Assembly (NCBI GenBank): GCA_003345545.1
Contig: PRDH01000026.1
Location: 32,001 to 96,000 of the forward strand
Reading direction: 5' to 3'
Length of the DNA stretch: 64,000 bases
Source: Candidatus Thorarchaeota archaeon
GTDB taxonomy: Archaea > Asgardarchaeota > Thorarchaeia > Thorarchaeales > Thorarchaeaceae
Part shown: one piece after another, positions 1 to 10,253 of the stretch
How positions within the stretch are numbered: the stretch's first letter is position 1
How the letters are laid out: every line of letters starts with the position of its first letter
Notes under the pieces: generated by a model
What the model saw: only the letters and a program-made list of their open reading frames with translations
What the model was told of the DNA's origin: nothing
Database searches by the model: none
Made by a program: the position numbers and the translations under genes

Positions 1-1266
1 AGCTGGAGAGATATTCAGCGACTTTGGAGATCCCGAGTTGCTCACTACTATGAAGAGAGACTGTCAGCTTCAAAGGAACAGGCTGCCCAGCATCTACTAA
101 CAATCTCATCTGATCCTATTGTGATTCCACATGCCGGTGAAGCACATACAAAGATACACATCCACAGCCCATTGCATACGCCCCATGGGGGTGTTCTCGA
201 AGTGACGCCGCCAAGGGGATGGAAAGCTTTCTTGAAGTCCCATTCTCATGAACTGGATGGACTCAAGACAGAAATCAACTTCGCTGAGGACTCATCACTC
301 GAATTGGTTCTTACCCCGGGTCCAAGAATCAGGGACGAGTTTGCGGTTCACAAAGGACAATGTAATCTAAGAATGGAGTACGATACAGCGGAGCCAATCT
401 CCATAGTTCAACTTGGAAGTTCTGGCAAGTCCGTTGAAGTATCAAAAACAGAAGAACAGGGATGCATTGTTCACCGAGTGCGAAATGCATCCATTGAGTT
501 TGCAGTTTCTAAGGACTACGGCGGCTGTCTGTTCTCACTAAAGAACAAGAGGGGAGTTGAGTTTCTGACAAGTTCCTTCCCGAAGGCGACTCCGCGCTCA
601 GGGGCATTCTTTGAAAACTATCATGGCGGAGTACAACCTATTATCTTTGATGATGAAATGGGTGAGTCTCTGACAAAAGCCCGAACGAATAGTGAGAAGA
701 TGTCAGCAAAGAACTACAGTCGCGGAATCTGGTCAGGAGTAGAAATAAGCTGGAAGGGAAAGATCCAACAGACTACAAGAGGGCTTCAGTTTAATTTGAG
801 GTACTTGACAGCTCCTGCTTGTCCCATTGTTGTAATCGAGTGGCAGATTGTCAATCGGACAACTGCGCCTGTTCGCTTCTACCCCTCCATTCTCATCGAC
901 CCAAAACTTGACGAAGAACTATCAGGTGGAAAGATACGTGCGAAGTGGTCTGGAAGAATGTATGATATTCGAGGAGGACACGTTCCCATGGCTGTATCGC
1001 CTTCTGACAATCTCGTATGGATAAAACCCGAGAAGAGCAGGAGAAGAACCAGCGGCCTCTGTTACATGGTCAATGGAACTGACGCCGATATGCTCTCGGT
1101 GTACTTGGGTGACATGTTGATTCTGACTGCAGTGGATAGTCTCTCAGCAATCATGCCCAGGGAGGAGCGTGTTATGACATCCTGCTTATTTGTCGACCCG
1201 CCCGATATGGAGACTCTTGAAGTCATACGAAGGCTACTAGGTTCATTGCTTCCAAAACGCGACTAG
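1..1266 (+). CDS. Hypothetical protein, C-terminal part (5' truncated by window edge); beta-rich, possibly the C-terminus of a large GNAT-family protein
   Basis: Frame 1 is open from base 1 (SWRDIQRLWRSRVAHYYE...) to TAG at 1264-1266. The family assignment is only a recollected resemblance. Confidence 0.55.
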   Translation, partial: SWRDIQRLWRSRVAHYYEERLSASKEQAAQHLLTISSDPIVIPHAGEAHTKIHIHSPLHTPHGGVLEVTPPRGWKAFLKSHSHELDGLKTEINFAEDSSLELVLTPGPRIRDEFAVHKGQCNLRMEYDTAEPISIVQLGSSGKSVEVSKTEEQGCIVHRVRNASIEFAVSKDYGGCLFSLKNKRGVEFLTSSFPKATPRSGAFFENYHGGVQPIIFDDEMGESLTKARTNSEKMSAKNYSRGIWSGVEISWKGKIQQTTRGLQFNLRYLTAPACPIVVIEWQIVNRTTAPVRFYPSILIDPKLDEELSGGKIRAKWSGRMYDIRGGHVPMAVSPSDNLVWIKPEKSRRRTSGLCYMVNGTDADMLSVYLGDMLILTAVDSLSAIMPREERVMTSCLFVDPPDMETLEVIRRLLGSLLPKRD

Positions 1267-1342
1267 TATACACCCATCAACGTTGATACGCATCAGACAA
1301 TATCCCGCAAGGATGTAACAAAGAATGATCAAGAAGTAGATG

Positions 1343-3613
1343 CTAGGCTCTTCTTAGAAGTATAGTGAAGACTGTGCCCTCATGATAATCGCCAGGGACC
1401 CGTTCTTCCACTTTGATTGAGCCTCCGAATGCATGTATGATTGTCCCTGCCACACTCATTCCTAAGCCTGTTCCTGATGCATCCTTCATGTATCGCTCGA
1501 ACATTCGGGCTCTTCGTTCGGGTTCAATCCCTTCTCCGTGATCACTCACACGAATGCTCCACCATGGTTCGTGATTCAGGGCAGTTTCGGTGACTGCCAC
1601 CTCTATCTCAGGTATACCTTTGGAGTACTTTATTGCATTGTCAAATATGTTCAGGAAGACATCAATCAAGAGGCTGTTCGCCAAGACCAGACAGGTTTCA
1701 AACTCATAATCGATCTTGAATCTAACTTCCTGCAGGGGGCTCTTCCTAGATGTTAGCTGGAACGCTTCCTGGAGGATTGGAATCAGATCCACCGATGATA
1801 ACCGTTCTGGAGTAAGCTGATCTGCCATTCCCAACTGACGAACATTCCGGATCAGATGGTCCGCTCGTTGAAGTTCGTTCTTGGAGTCTCTGATGGCTTG
1901 CTCTTTCACGAGAGGCCCTGCATCCTCCATTTCAAGCAGGCCGATGCTGAGTGCAAGTGCTTGGTGATAATTGGATATGTCATGAACCAAGAGGTCCGCA
2001 AAAAGTGTTGCACGTTTCTGAGATGCTTCTGCTCGGCTCATCTCTTTGAGATACATCAGTCCTAGAAAGGACGGTCCCATCAAGATAGCTAATAGCAATA
2101 TGAGCTCCGATGACCACCAGCCTAATGTCCATTCTTGGAAATTGGCCTTGATTAGTGAAGGAACAATCCATAGTGCGAGGAAGCCTGTTGCCAACAAATC
2201 TACGGTGATTCTTCCTTTTCCGTCCTTTATCTGGACTGAAGTGTAGTAGAAGAACAGAAACATACTCAGTAGAGTTGACGCTAACAATAGTGCCCGACAG
2301 AGTGGCTGAAATCCCCAATAACCTCCAGAGCCCCACATAGTGATCTGTGTGTACTCCGAAAACAGGATGGCTGCAAAAACAGCTGGCACTATTAGCAGGT
2401 CGCTTTTTGAGAATGTTGGTTGCACTTCCGGCGTGCTGCCTGTCATTTTGATAGCCTTCGGCAGCTCGAGCAGCAAGAGAACTGAACCGACGAGATATGG
2501 AATTATGGAGAGTTCTAGTGTATTGGGAGGAGTGAGGACCGCTTTAATCACCTGATATGATTCGATTGTCGCCCATGTGATGAAGAGTAAAATGACGGGC
2601 CGTCTCTGCGGAGCTGGTCGGTGAGTATTGTAGAGATTCATCAAAAATGCCATTGAGAGTGCAATCAGTGAGGCTCCAAGATGGAGCACAATGAACAGGG
2701 CGACGTTTGGCGTTGGCGGAGTCGGCATGTATGTTACGACTGTTAAGGTAGTACCTGTTGGTACGATGACCAAAAGAGAAAGGGCTAGTGGTATCAGATA
2801 GGCACGAGACAATTTCATACCTATACGGACCTGAAAAGCAACAGAGGGTGCTAGTCCCAGTATGACCAGTCCCATGGACCAGAGTATATATGATATAGTC
2901 CATGCATTCGATGGGAAATACAACGTCACGAGAAAAGGAATATACGAAAGGCCATAGATAGCAAAACCCGCAACAAACAGATTCGCTTCATAGGTAGTGG
3001 AGCCTCCTGGAGTCGTTGACCACATGAACCCACACATGGGCAGAACAATTCCGCTGTAGATCCCCAATATCGTCCCTACAATGATGAAGCTATCTTCAGG
3101 AAGGGTCGGAATGATGACAAAAGATAGGAACAGGTGAATTAGTACAGATGAGAGTATGAGTATCACAGCACTTTGTCTTCTATTCTCCAACCATCCCTTC
3201 TTCTTCATGACCATTCCAATGAATACAAGCGATGAGAAAATCGCAAGGAAGACTAGATCAATCAAGAGATGAATCCTGCTGTATTCATATACCGGGTTGT
3301 TTTCGTAGATGATTATGATTGCTCGTCCCATGCTTATTATGGCGGCAAAAAATAGGGCGGCATGGAAGACTGTTTGTTCCGCATGTTCTCGTACTCGATA
3401 TTGAACAAGGATAGCTGCTGAGCAAGTGATAGCCAGAAACGCGAGCATAGAATCATATGCAATGATTGTTTGTGAAGAGCTCCAAGCATTGAGAAGTAAG
3501 AAGAATCCAAGGCATGTGGCAAGTAGTGCGCCTACTATGATTGTCAGCAGTCTTGAAAGCCTTAATGGCGAATTGGAACTGCGCCCTAGCATTGTTCTCA
3601 CGATACATCCCAA
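1343..3613 (-). CDS. Polytopic membrane sensor histidine kinase
   Basis: H-box LLVHDISNYHQ, N-box VFLNIFDNAIKY, G1 DHGEGI, G2 GTGLGMSV; about 16 hydrophobic segments at the N-terminus. Start uncertain (ATG at 3592 possible). Confidence 0.92.
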   Translation of the reverse strand: MGCIVRTMLGRSSNSPLRLSRLLTIIVGALLATCLGFFLLLNAWSSSQTIIAYDSMLAFLAITCSAAILVQYRVREHAEQTVFHAALFFAAIISMGRAIIIIYENNPVYEYSRIHLLIDLVFLAIFSSLVFIGMVMKKKGWLENRRQSAVILILSSVLIHLFLSFVIIPTLPEDSFIIVGTILGIYSGIVLPMCGFMWSTTPGGSTTYEANLFVAGFAIYGLSYIPFLVTLYFPSNAWTISYILWSMGLVILGLAPSVAFQVRIGMKLSRAYLIPLALSLLVIVPTGTTLTVVTYMPTPPTPNVALFIVLHLGASLIALSMAFLMNLYNTHRPAPQRRPVILLFITWATIESYQVIKAVLTPPNTLELSIIPYLVGSVLLLLELPKAIKMTGSTPEVQPTFSKSDLLIVPAVFAAILFSEYTQITMWGSGGYWGFQPLCRALLLASTLLSMFLFFYYTSVQIKDGKGRITVDLLATGFLALWIVPSLIKANFQEWTLGWWSSELILLLAILMGPSFLGLMYLKEMSRAEASQKRATLFADLLVHDISNYHQALALSIGLLEMEDAGPLVKEQAIRDSKNELQRADHLIRNVRQLGMADQLTPERLSSVDLIPILQEAFQLTSRKSPLQEVRFKIDYEFETCLVLANSLLIDVFLNIFDNAIKYSKGIPEIEVAVTETALNHEPWWSIRVSDHGEGIEPERRARMFERYMKDASGTGLGMSVAGTIIHAFGGSIKVEERVPGDYHEGTVFTILLRRA

Positions 3614-3765
3614 AATATCTCTTTATACCAATTGTTGGTATTGTGTTGTCATTGAGGCCTCTTGAAAGAGGTTCTAGGACTATTGATGCCCCCTCCTATC
3701 CGCTGTTTCGGGCTCAAGAGAATGAGCAACTTCAAGAGGTGGTTTGTGGTCAACGCTGATCGAGT

Positions 3766-4134
3766 TTGGTTCCAATGCTTCATGAGCCAGATGACTTCAT
3801 TGGCAACATTCTTGGAAAGCTCCTGAATCGCCAATTAGAGAATCAACCGATGCGAGGCAAGGTTGGAAGATGGAGAATGTCCGTTGTTCTGGACACTGAC
3901 TACTACCCCATCTCAATAATCTTCAGTTATCACATTGAGATTGTTGCCGACTACGTTGATGACCCGACTATTGTACTCTCTATGAAGTTCAATACGATCA
4001 TTCGACTCTTTAGGGGCGAAACCTCAATGATAAGAGCTGTTCTCGGGGGTGCAATCAAGACTCGTGGTTTGCTGAAACACCCACTCTCGATGATCAGGTT
4101 CTACCGATTGATGACGTCGATATTGGGAGGATAG
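3766..4134 (+). CDS. SCP2 sterol/lipid-binding domain protein
   Basis: 122 aa with SCP2-like C-terminus (PTIVLSMKFNTIIRLFRGETSMIRAVLGGAIKTRG); 4 bp before the next gene. Confidence 0.7.
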   Translation: MVPMLHEPDDFIGNILGKLLNRQLENQPMRGKVGRWRMSVVLDTDYYPISIIFSYHIEIVADYVDDPTIVLSMKFNTIIRLFRGETSMIRAVLGGAIKTRGLLKHPLSMIRFYRLMTSILGG

Positions 4135-4138
4135 TCCA

Positions 4139-5563
4139 ATGGATCTGAAATCGCAGTTTCAACAGATTGTTGGGGAACAACATGTTGCTGATGGAGCTGG
4201 GGAACGGTACGTCTATTCATTTGACATGACAGAGAATCCCTCCAAAGAACCCCTGATGGTCGTGATGCCTTCTACTGTTGAGGAAGTTCAGAATATAATC
4301 AGGCTCGCCAATGAAACCCGGACACCTCTGGTTCCCTTTGTAACAGGTCAGAACGTTGGGGGTCTGACAATACCACAGGTCGAGGGAGCTGTCATCGTAG
4401 ATCTCAAACGCATGGATAGAATCCTTGAAGTGGATGAGGAAGCGATGTACATGCTTGTTGAACCAGGCGTTACCTTTGGTGACGTCAAGAAATATCTTGA
4501 GAAACACTTTCCATCGCTGCGGTACACGTACCCACTCGCACCTCCCTTCACTTCGGTCATGGCGAATGCGCTACTCCAAGGACTCTGCGATCTCTCAACA
4601 ATGCATGGCTCGATGTCTGATTTCATCAATGGACTGGAGGCAGTCCTGCCGAATGGTGACATAGTCCGTGTTGGTTCTGGAATCATGGGAGAAGAGAATT
4701 GGTTCGGAAGATACCCTCTTCCAGATCTGGTTGGTCTCTTTTCTGGCTGGCAAGGAATGACTGGCATTGTAACAAAGATCTCGCTAAAGCTCTGGCCAAA
4801 GAAGAAGGCAATGACGCATGCAGCTCTATTCACATTTGGGGAGCAGCAGACGACTGACCTGCTCAAGAGAATTGTTCGAGAGGGTATCATTGAAGATGCT
4901 GATTGCCAGTCGCTCTCTATAGTAAAGATGCTGATGGGTGTTGCACCTCCAGTGACGCCTCACAGGGGAGAACCAGACTACGGTACCGTCCTCATTCTAT
5001 CTGCGAATTCGGAAATCGAGCTGAATGAGAAGTATAGACAACTAGAGAATCTTGTTGAGCTATCCAAGAAGGATGAGCCACGGAATCTCCTCATCGATTG
5101 GGGTACGGTCACGAAACTTATGGGTGAACAGGCGAATGCGTGGATCGATTTTCCTTCGGATGCGTTCAAAGTACTGGCTCAATATGATGGGCTCACATGG
5201 GTGGGAACCTATATTCATCCCAAATATTGGGGAGCAGCTCTGGAGGGCGGGAGGAGGATTGTTGAGAAGTATGGTTTCGAGTTGATGGCCTTTCTCAAAC
5301 CCATGCATATGCTCCATTTTGCAGAGTTCAAATTCATCATCAGATTTCCGAAGGACCCTGCGACTCTCGAACGTGTACGTCGATGCAACGAGGAACTGCT
5401 GGATCTTGCCCTAGGGCTCAAGGCAATCCCCTACAAGACTCCAGTGTGGTCCGCCAGACGACTGCAGCAGTTCGCTGATCCCGCTTTCTTCAAACTACTG
5501 AGAGACCTGAAGAAACTACTGGACCCTAACAACATCATGAATCCTGGGAGGCTTGACCTGTGA
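4139..5563 (+). CDS. FAD-binding oxidoreductase (GlcD/D-lactate dehydrogenase, VAO family)
   Basis: PxxVVMPSTVEEV, VDLKRMDRILEVD, VEPGVTFG, LEAVLPNGDIV, GMTGIVTK; C-terminal LKKLLDPNNIMNPG. Confidence 0.9.
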   Translation: MDLKSQFQQIVGEQHVADGAGERYVYSFDMTENPSKEPLMVVMPSTVEEVQNIIRLANETRTPLVPFVTGQNVGGLTIPQVEGAVIVDLKRMDRILEVDEEAMYMLVEPGVTFGDVKKYLEKHFPSLRYTYPLAPPFTSVMANALLQGLCDLSTMHGSMSDFINGLEAVLPNGDIVRVGSGIMGEENWFGRYPLPDLVGLFSGWQGMTGIVTKISLKLWPKKKAMTHAALFTFGEQQTTDLLKRIVREGIIEDADCQSLSIVKMLMGVAPPVTPHRGEPDYGTVLILSANSEIELNEKYRQLENLVELSKKDEPRNLLIDWGTVTKLMGEQANAWIDFPSDAFKVLAQYDGLTWVGTYIHPKYWGAALEGGRRIVEKYGFELMAFLKPMHMLHFAEFKFIIRFPKDPATLERVRRCNEELLDLALGLKAIPYKTPVWSARRLQQFADPAFFKLLRDLKKLLDPNNIMNPGRLDL

Positions 5564-6705
5564 CCCCAGTGCCAAGCGCAATTGAGGAGTGGCTCCACAG
5601 CTGCATCCGATGTGGCAACTGTAAGTATGTCTTCAAGGAATACAGCCCTTCGTGTCCTTCAGGCGAATCCTTCAACTTCGAAACCTACTTCGCATCTGGT
5701 AGATTGTGGATAGCACATGGAATTCGGAATGGCGAGCTAGATTGGGATTCCTCGCTGATTGATCCCATCTTTGCCTGTACGACATGCGGCGCCTGTGAAG
5801 TACAATGTCTGGCACCTCACCGAGAAAACATCTTAGAGGTCATTGAGGAGCTGAGAGCGCTTGCTGTGAAGGAATTGGGTCCACTCCCTGAACACAGGAA
5901 GTTTGCCGAGCGAATCGGCGAAAACCACAATCCCTACGGGGCACCTCATCATTCACGAGAATTGGCAAAGGCTCACAATCTTCCTCTGAGTGCATCGGTA
6001 GTCTACTTCATTGGCTGCACATCCAATTATCGTGAAGAAGAAATACGTGACTCAACAATCTCTCTTCTCAAAAAGGCCGGGGTCGACTTTACCATCGTAG
6101 ACGAGTATTGCTGCGGGTCGCCCTTGCTCCGAACTGGGCAGCTCTCGTTGACCAGTGCGCTGGCTGAACACAACCAAAAAGTAATCGAAGCGACGGGTGC
6201 ACAAAGGGTTGTCACATCCTGCTCGGGATGTTATAGAACGCTCGCCCGGGACTATTCCAGGATGGGCATCAAATTGAATGCGGAGATCATGCACATCTCG
6301 CAGTATATTCGGGAACTTCTTCGGAGTGGTCGATTGGCAGCTCATTCCATCCCTCACCGCATACAAGTGACATATCATGATCCGTGTCACCTTGGAAGGC
6401 ATATGAATGAATATGATGCTCCCAGAGATGTCTTACAACAACTCCCTATTACATTCACGGAAATCAGTACCGAAGATGGAATTCGCGAGAATGCTTGGTG
6501 TTGCGGGGCTGGAGGTGGCTGCAAGTCTGCCTATCCTGATTGGAGTCGCGAAACCGCAAGAATACGCCTCAATCATGCACAGCGCACTGGAGCTGGAGTT
6601 CTGGTTTCATCATGTCCATTTTGCAAACGAGTGCTTAGTGATGCCCAAGAGAATGATTCTGTGGAGATATTGGACCTCAGCGAACTAGTCGACCGACTGA
6701 CCTGA
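5560..6705 (+). CDS. Fe-S oxidoreductase, GlcF/GlpC/HdrD-like (2x4Fe-4S plus two CCG domains)
   Basis: CIRCGNC...CP, CTTCGACEVQC, YFIGC, CCG, TSCSGC, YHDPCHLGR, CCGAGGG, SSCPFC; GTGA overlap with the upstream gene. Confidence 0.9.
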   Translation: MTPVPSAIEEWLHSCIRCGNCKYVFKEYSPSCPSGESFNFETYFASGRLWIAHGIRNGELDWDSSLIDPIFACTTCGACEVQCLAPHRENILEVIEELRALAVKELGPLPEHRKFAERIGENHNPYGAPHHSRELAKAHNLPLSASVVYFIGCTSNYREEEIRDSTISLLKKAGVDFTIVDEYCCGSPLLRTGQLSLTSALAEHNQKVIEATGAQRVVTSCSGCYRTLARDYSRMGIKLNAEIMHISQYIRELLRSGRLAAHSIPHRIQVTYHDPCHLGRHMNEYDAPRDVLQQLPITFTEISTEDGIRENAWCCGAGGGCKSAYPDWSRETARIRLNHAQRTGAGVLVSSCPFCKRVLSDAQENDSVEILDLSELVDRLT

Positions 6706-6983
6706 ATAGCGCGGGAAGCAAGAGCTGCTGACCTTTTCTCTCTAGACTCTAGGACCCCTGAGGTGTTCATAAACATGGATCAATATCAATGAGATGAAAC
6801 TGACCAGGACTAGGGATATATGATCGCAACCATGGGGTATACTTGGAGTGCTATGTACGTATGTGCTCTCTACGTATGAAAGCCTTGAGGAATGAAACAG
6901 AAAGCGACTCATCCCTCGTAGAGGTATGATTAGAGTGAGCAGAAAATGAAACCTAGGTCTTCCAAAGGAGAATAAAAGCAGAG

Positions 6984-7009
6984 AAAAACTCCGCAAGATT
7001 CGCAGGAGT
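6984..7009 (-). terminator. Hairpin plus T-tract terminator of the ABC operon
   Basis: Minus strand reads ACTCC-TGCGAATCTTGC-GGAG-TTTTT, about 20 nt after the last stop. Confidence 0.5.
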
Positions 7010-7029
7010 GCGTTTGTTCCTTTTTTCGT

Positions 7030-7794
7030 CTAAGTCCCAGGGATTTTCGCACGCTCATAGATATAGTTCACAATCCAGGAAATAGCGGTAATCAAGACAA
7101 GGAAAATAATGGCAATAACAGCATAGACTTGTAGAGCTTCGTACGTGCGCGCTACTATCATTTTCGCAGCGCCAAAGATATCAGCTACTCCAACAAAATA
7201 CGCAACAGTAGTGTATTTCGGAAGATAGACTGCTTCATTTGACCAGGCAGGTATTGCTCGCCTAAGGCTTTGCGGGAGCACAATATATCTGATTTCTTGA
7301 CGTCTTGTCATTCCTATTGACTGAGCTGCTAGCGTTTGTCCTGCCGAAATGGATGCCATCGAACCGCGGAAGAATTCTGCTTGGTATGCTCCGCTGTTTA
7401 AGCCTAATGTAATCGCACATAGAAGAATTGTGGTGTTAAGAATCGTCCGTGGAACCCCCACAATGTCTGGAAAGATAACTCGCCACGAGGTGTCAAACGG
7501 AGCCATGCCTTGTGCCACTAGCCACGCATTCAACACAGCGGGTAGGATTGTGACTGCCAGAATCTGCGCCAGTAGAGGTGTACCTCTCATAAACTCAATA
7601 TAAGCAGTGGAGATTCTGGATGTGATTGGACCTCCATAATGTCGACCAACAGCTAAAAGAATTCCAAGGCCGAGTCCGAGGAACAGAGCGAAGAGATACA
7701 ATCCCATCGTCATAAAGAATCCGCTAACCAGATCAGGATAGTACTCTTCAATCCAAAGAATCCCGAAGAGTCCAGTTGGTGATACAGCTGTCAG
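7030..7794 (-). CDS. Polar amino-acid ABC transporter permease
   Basis: RGTPLLAQ, LNSGAYQAEFFRGS, GQTLAAQSIGM, IVLPQSLR. Frame is open upstream of the track start 7713; start placed at CTG 7794, 6 nt after GGAGGT. Confidence 0.9.
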   Translation of the reverse strand: MTAVSPTGLFGILWIEEYYPDLVSGFFMTMGLYLFALFLGLGLGILLAVGRHYGGPITSRISTAYIEFMRGTPLLAQILAVTILPAVLNAWLVAQGMAPFDTSWRVIFPDIVGVPRTILNTTILLCAITLGLNSGAYQAEFFRGSMASISAGQTLAAQSIGMTRRQEIRYIVLPQSLRRAIPAWSNEAVYLPKYTTVAYFVGVADIFGAAKMIVARTYEALQVYAVIAIIFLVLITAISWIVNYIYERAKIPGT

Positions 7795-7808
7795 TAGAAT
7801 ACCTCCGA

Positions 7809-8579
7809 CTACACTAATTGTTGATCAGATTCTGCTTTTCCATATAAGACCTCCAATTTATGGAGGAAATCGATTGCTCGCTTGGATTGAGGATTCTCAA
7901 AGAAATGCTCAGGAGTTCCTGTTTCTACTATCACGCCTTGATCCATGAAAATCATCTCACTAGAAACAGCGCGAGCGAATCCCATTTCATGTGTTACAAC
8001 AATCATTGTCGTTCCTTCTTTCGCTATGTCAAGCATGACTTGGAGAACCTCTCCTATCAATTCGGGATCAAGTGCACTGGTAGGCTCGTCAAATAGAATA
8101 ACATCGGGTTCCATTGCTATAGACCGCGCAATTCCAACACGTTGTTGTTGACCTCCGCTTAGCTGTGCAGGATAATGATGACTCCACTCAGCCATTCGAA
8201 CTTTCTCAAGTGCCTTGTATGCAATGTTTTGTGCTTCCTCCTTTGTCTTACCAAGCACGAGACGAAGCCCAATACTGACGTTGTCTATTGCTCTGAGATG
8301 TGCAAAGAGATTGAAGTTCTGGAAAACAAAACCAATACGTGTTCGCAATCGGCTTAGTTCTGCTTTGTGTTCCATTAGGCTTTCGCCGCAAAGAAGTACC
8401 TCACCTTTGTCAGGAGGCGTTAGCATGTTTATTACTCTGAGCAAAGTGCTTTTTCCTGATCCACTTGGTCCAAAAACAACTTTTACTTCTCCCTCATTCA
8501 CATCGAAAGATATTCCTTTTAGCACCTGTAGTTTATCGTATGCTTTCCATACATCTCTTACCTCAATGACTTTCGTTAT
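7809..8579 (-). CDS. Polar amino-acid ABC transporter ATP-binding protein (GlnQ-like)
   Basis: Walker [41 protein letters not shown]. The typical N-terminus ([12 protein letters not shown]) lies upstream of the track start; start placed at ATA 8579. Confidence 0.93.
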   Translation of the reverse strand: MTKVIEVRDVWKAYDKLQVLKGISFDVNEGEVKVVFGPSGSGKSTLLRVINMLTPPDKGEVLLCGESLMEHKAELSRLRTRIGFVFQNFNLFAHLRAIDNVSIGLRLVLGKTKEEAQNIAYKALEKVRMAEWSHHYPAQLSGGQQQRVGIARSIAMEPDVILFDEPTSALDPELIGEVLQVMLDIAKEGTTMIVVTHEMGFARAVSSEMIFMDQGVIVETGTPEHFFENPQSKRAIDFLHKLEVLYGKAESDQQLV

Positions 8580-9271
8580 TGTTTTCCACCTCCAAGTCCG
8601 AGTTGTCTAAGTTTCGCGGTCATACTCTCTCCTACATACTTTGTAATGGGATAAGTAAAGATAAAATAGATGATTGAAATTACCAGAATAATCCCCAAGA
8701 ATAGGGCGGGATAGGTGTTTGTAAACGCCTGAGCTTGATATAACATCTCAGTCACGCCAATTGCACTTGCCAAGGATGAATCCTTGATAACTACCGCATA
8801 TTCATTTGTCCACCCTGGTAAAGAGAGTCGAAATGCCTGAGGTAGGATAATATGTCGAGTAGCCTGCATTTCAGTCATTCCTATCGACCGAGCAGCCATC
8901 ATCTGACCAACGTCCACAGACAATATCGATCCTCGAAATAACTCCGATTGATATGCTGCACTTCTTAATGCGAGTGCAAACACAGCCGCTACGAATAATG
9001 CAGCGATAACGGAACCAGCCCACATGAACCAACCCAGCAATGCAGCTCCAAAAATAAAGAGAAGAACAAGTAATGGAATTCCTCTGAATATCTTTTCATA
9101 TCCCTTGGCAATCAATTGTAATTCAAATGGTCCGTAAACGCGCATTAGGGCAAGTGCAGTCCCTACAACAAAACCAAATGCTAAAGAAATAAGGGTGAGA
9201 GCAAGAGTTGTTGAGAGTCCTCTTATAGTAATCAAATAGAGAATGTCTAGAAGTCCCTCAACCTCTTGCAC
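8576..9271 (-). CDS. Polar amino-acid ABC transporter permease
   Basis: [47 protein letters not shown]. Confidence 0.92.
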   Translation of the reverse strand: MQEVEGLLDILYLITIRGLSTTLALTLISLAFGFVVGTALALMRVYGPFELQLIAKGYEKIFRGIPLLVLLFIFGAALLGWFMWAGSVIAALFVAAVFALALRSAAYQSELFRGSILSVDVGQMMAARSIGMTEMQATRHIILPQAFRLSLPGWTNEYAVVIKDSSLASAIGVTEMLYQAQAFTNTYPALFLGIILVISIIYFIFTYPITKYVGESMTAKLRQLGLGGGKQ

Positions 9272-9277
9272 TCATTA

Positions 9278-10072
9278 TCACCCAAACCACTTTGCAATTA
9301 GTGCGTCTACCGTTCCATCTGCAAATCCTTCAGCGATGGCACTGTTTATTGCCGCAGAGAGTCTATCGCTACCATATCTGATGTAGAATGCTGTTGGTGG
9401 TGCAGTCACTGTGAAGATTATTTTGACACTATAGACTGTGCTGTAGAGACCGACAATTGGTTCATCGACGTATATAGCGTCAAGAGTACCTGTATCTAGT
9501 GCTTGAAACATTGTTTCAACAACAGGATATCTGGTTAGTGTGGCTTCCATGTTAGTGATATCTGATAGTTCTTCATCTTCAACTGTTCCAGTTTGAACTC
9601 CAACGTCCAATCCAACAAGATCTGCTAGCTCATCAATTACAAGAGTCGAATTGGCTTTGGTAACGACGACCTCGTTCGTTCTAATGTACCAGGTCAATGG
9701 CTGAAGAACTGCACATCGTGCAGCAGTAATGAATGTGGCTGAAGCAATCATATCGATTGTTCCGGCTTGACATGCACCGATTAAATTGTCAAAGTCCATA
9801 TCAATCCATTGAGTGGTTACATTAAGATAATCGGCAACCAATTCTGCAAGATCAATATCAAACCCTTCTATTTGGTTAGAGGTTGTATTGAATATTTCGA
9901 ATGGCGGCCAATTTGTGTTAGTTCCCACAATGATTGAACCTCGCGCCTTGATCACATCGTAATCATCAGATGCAACCAACGACGGTGTAAAGTATCCAAT
10001 CCCAAAGCCGATAATTATGCCAACTATCAGCATTGCTGCTATTATTACGGTTTTTCCACCTGATTCTGCCAG
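9278..10072 (-). CDS. Amino-acid ABC transporter substrate-binding protein (SBP family 3), N-terminal TM anchor
   Basis: VGTNTNWPPFE, GFDIDLA, VGVQTGT. Start placed at CTG 10072, 7 nt after GGAGGT (MAESGGKTVIIAAMLIVG...). Confidence 0.92.
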   Translation of the reverse strand: MAESGGKTVIIAAMLIVGIIIGFGIGYFTPSLVASDDYDVIKARGSIIVGTNTNWPPFEIFNTTSNQIEGFDIDLAELVADYLNVTTQWIDMDFDNLIGACQAGTIDMIASATFITAARCAVLQPLTWYIRTNEVVVTKANSTLVIDELADLVGLDVGVQTGTVEDEELSDITNMEATLTRYPVVETMFQALDTGTLDAIYVDEPIVGLYSTVYSVKIIFTVTAPPTAFYIRYGSDRLSAAINSAIAEGFADGTVDALIAKWFG

Positions 10073-10253
10073 TTTCTTTACCTCCGTTGATGTGAATCCT
10101 AAGATTCAAGGATTCCGTACGTTAAACTCACTGAAATAGATTCGCTTTTTTGTTTCAGCGGTATCAAACTGAATGTCAGGGCTGGTGACGACAAGGTCCT
10201 ATTACTCTGTATCATAGAGCCGGATGCCCAACAACGTGCTGTAAGAATGTACG

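Noticed and set aside
1518-1537. GGGTTCAATCCC resembling a tRNA T-arm
   Set aside because: Lies inside the histidine kinase gene; no D-arm, anticodon arm or acceptor stem.
4139-5563. FAD oxidoreductase as the DprE1 partner of the UbiA operon
   Set aside because: About 50 kb away, GlcD-like and coupled to a CCG Fe-S subunit; no DprE2-like SDR beside it.
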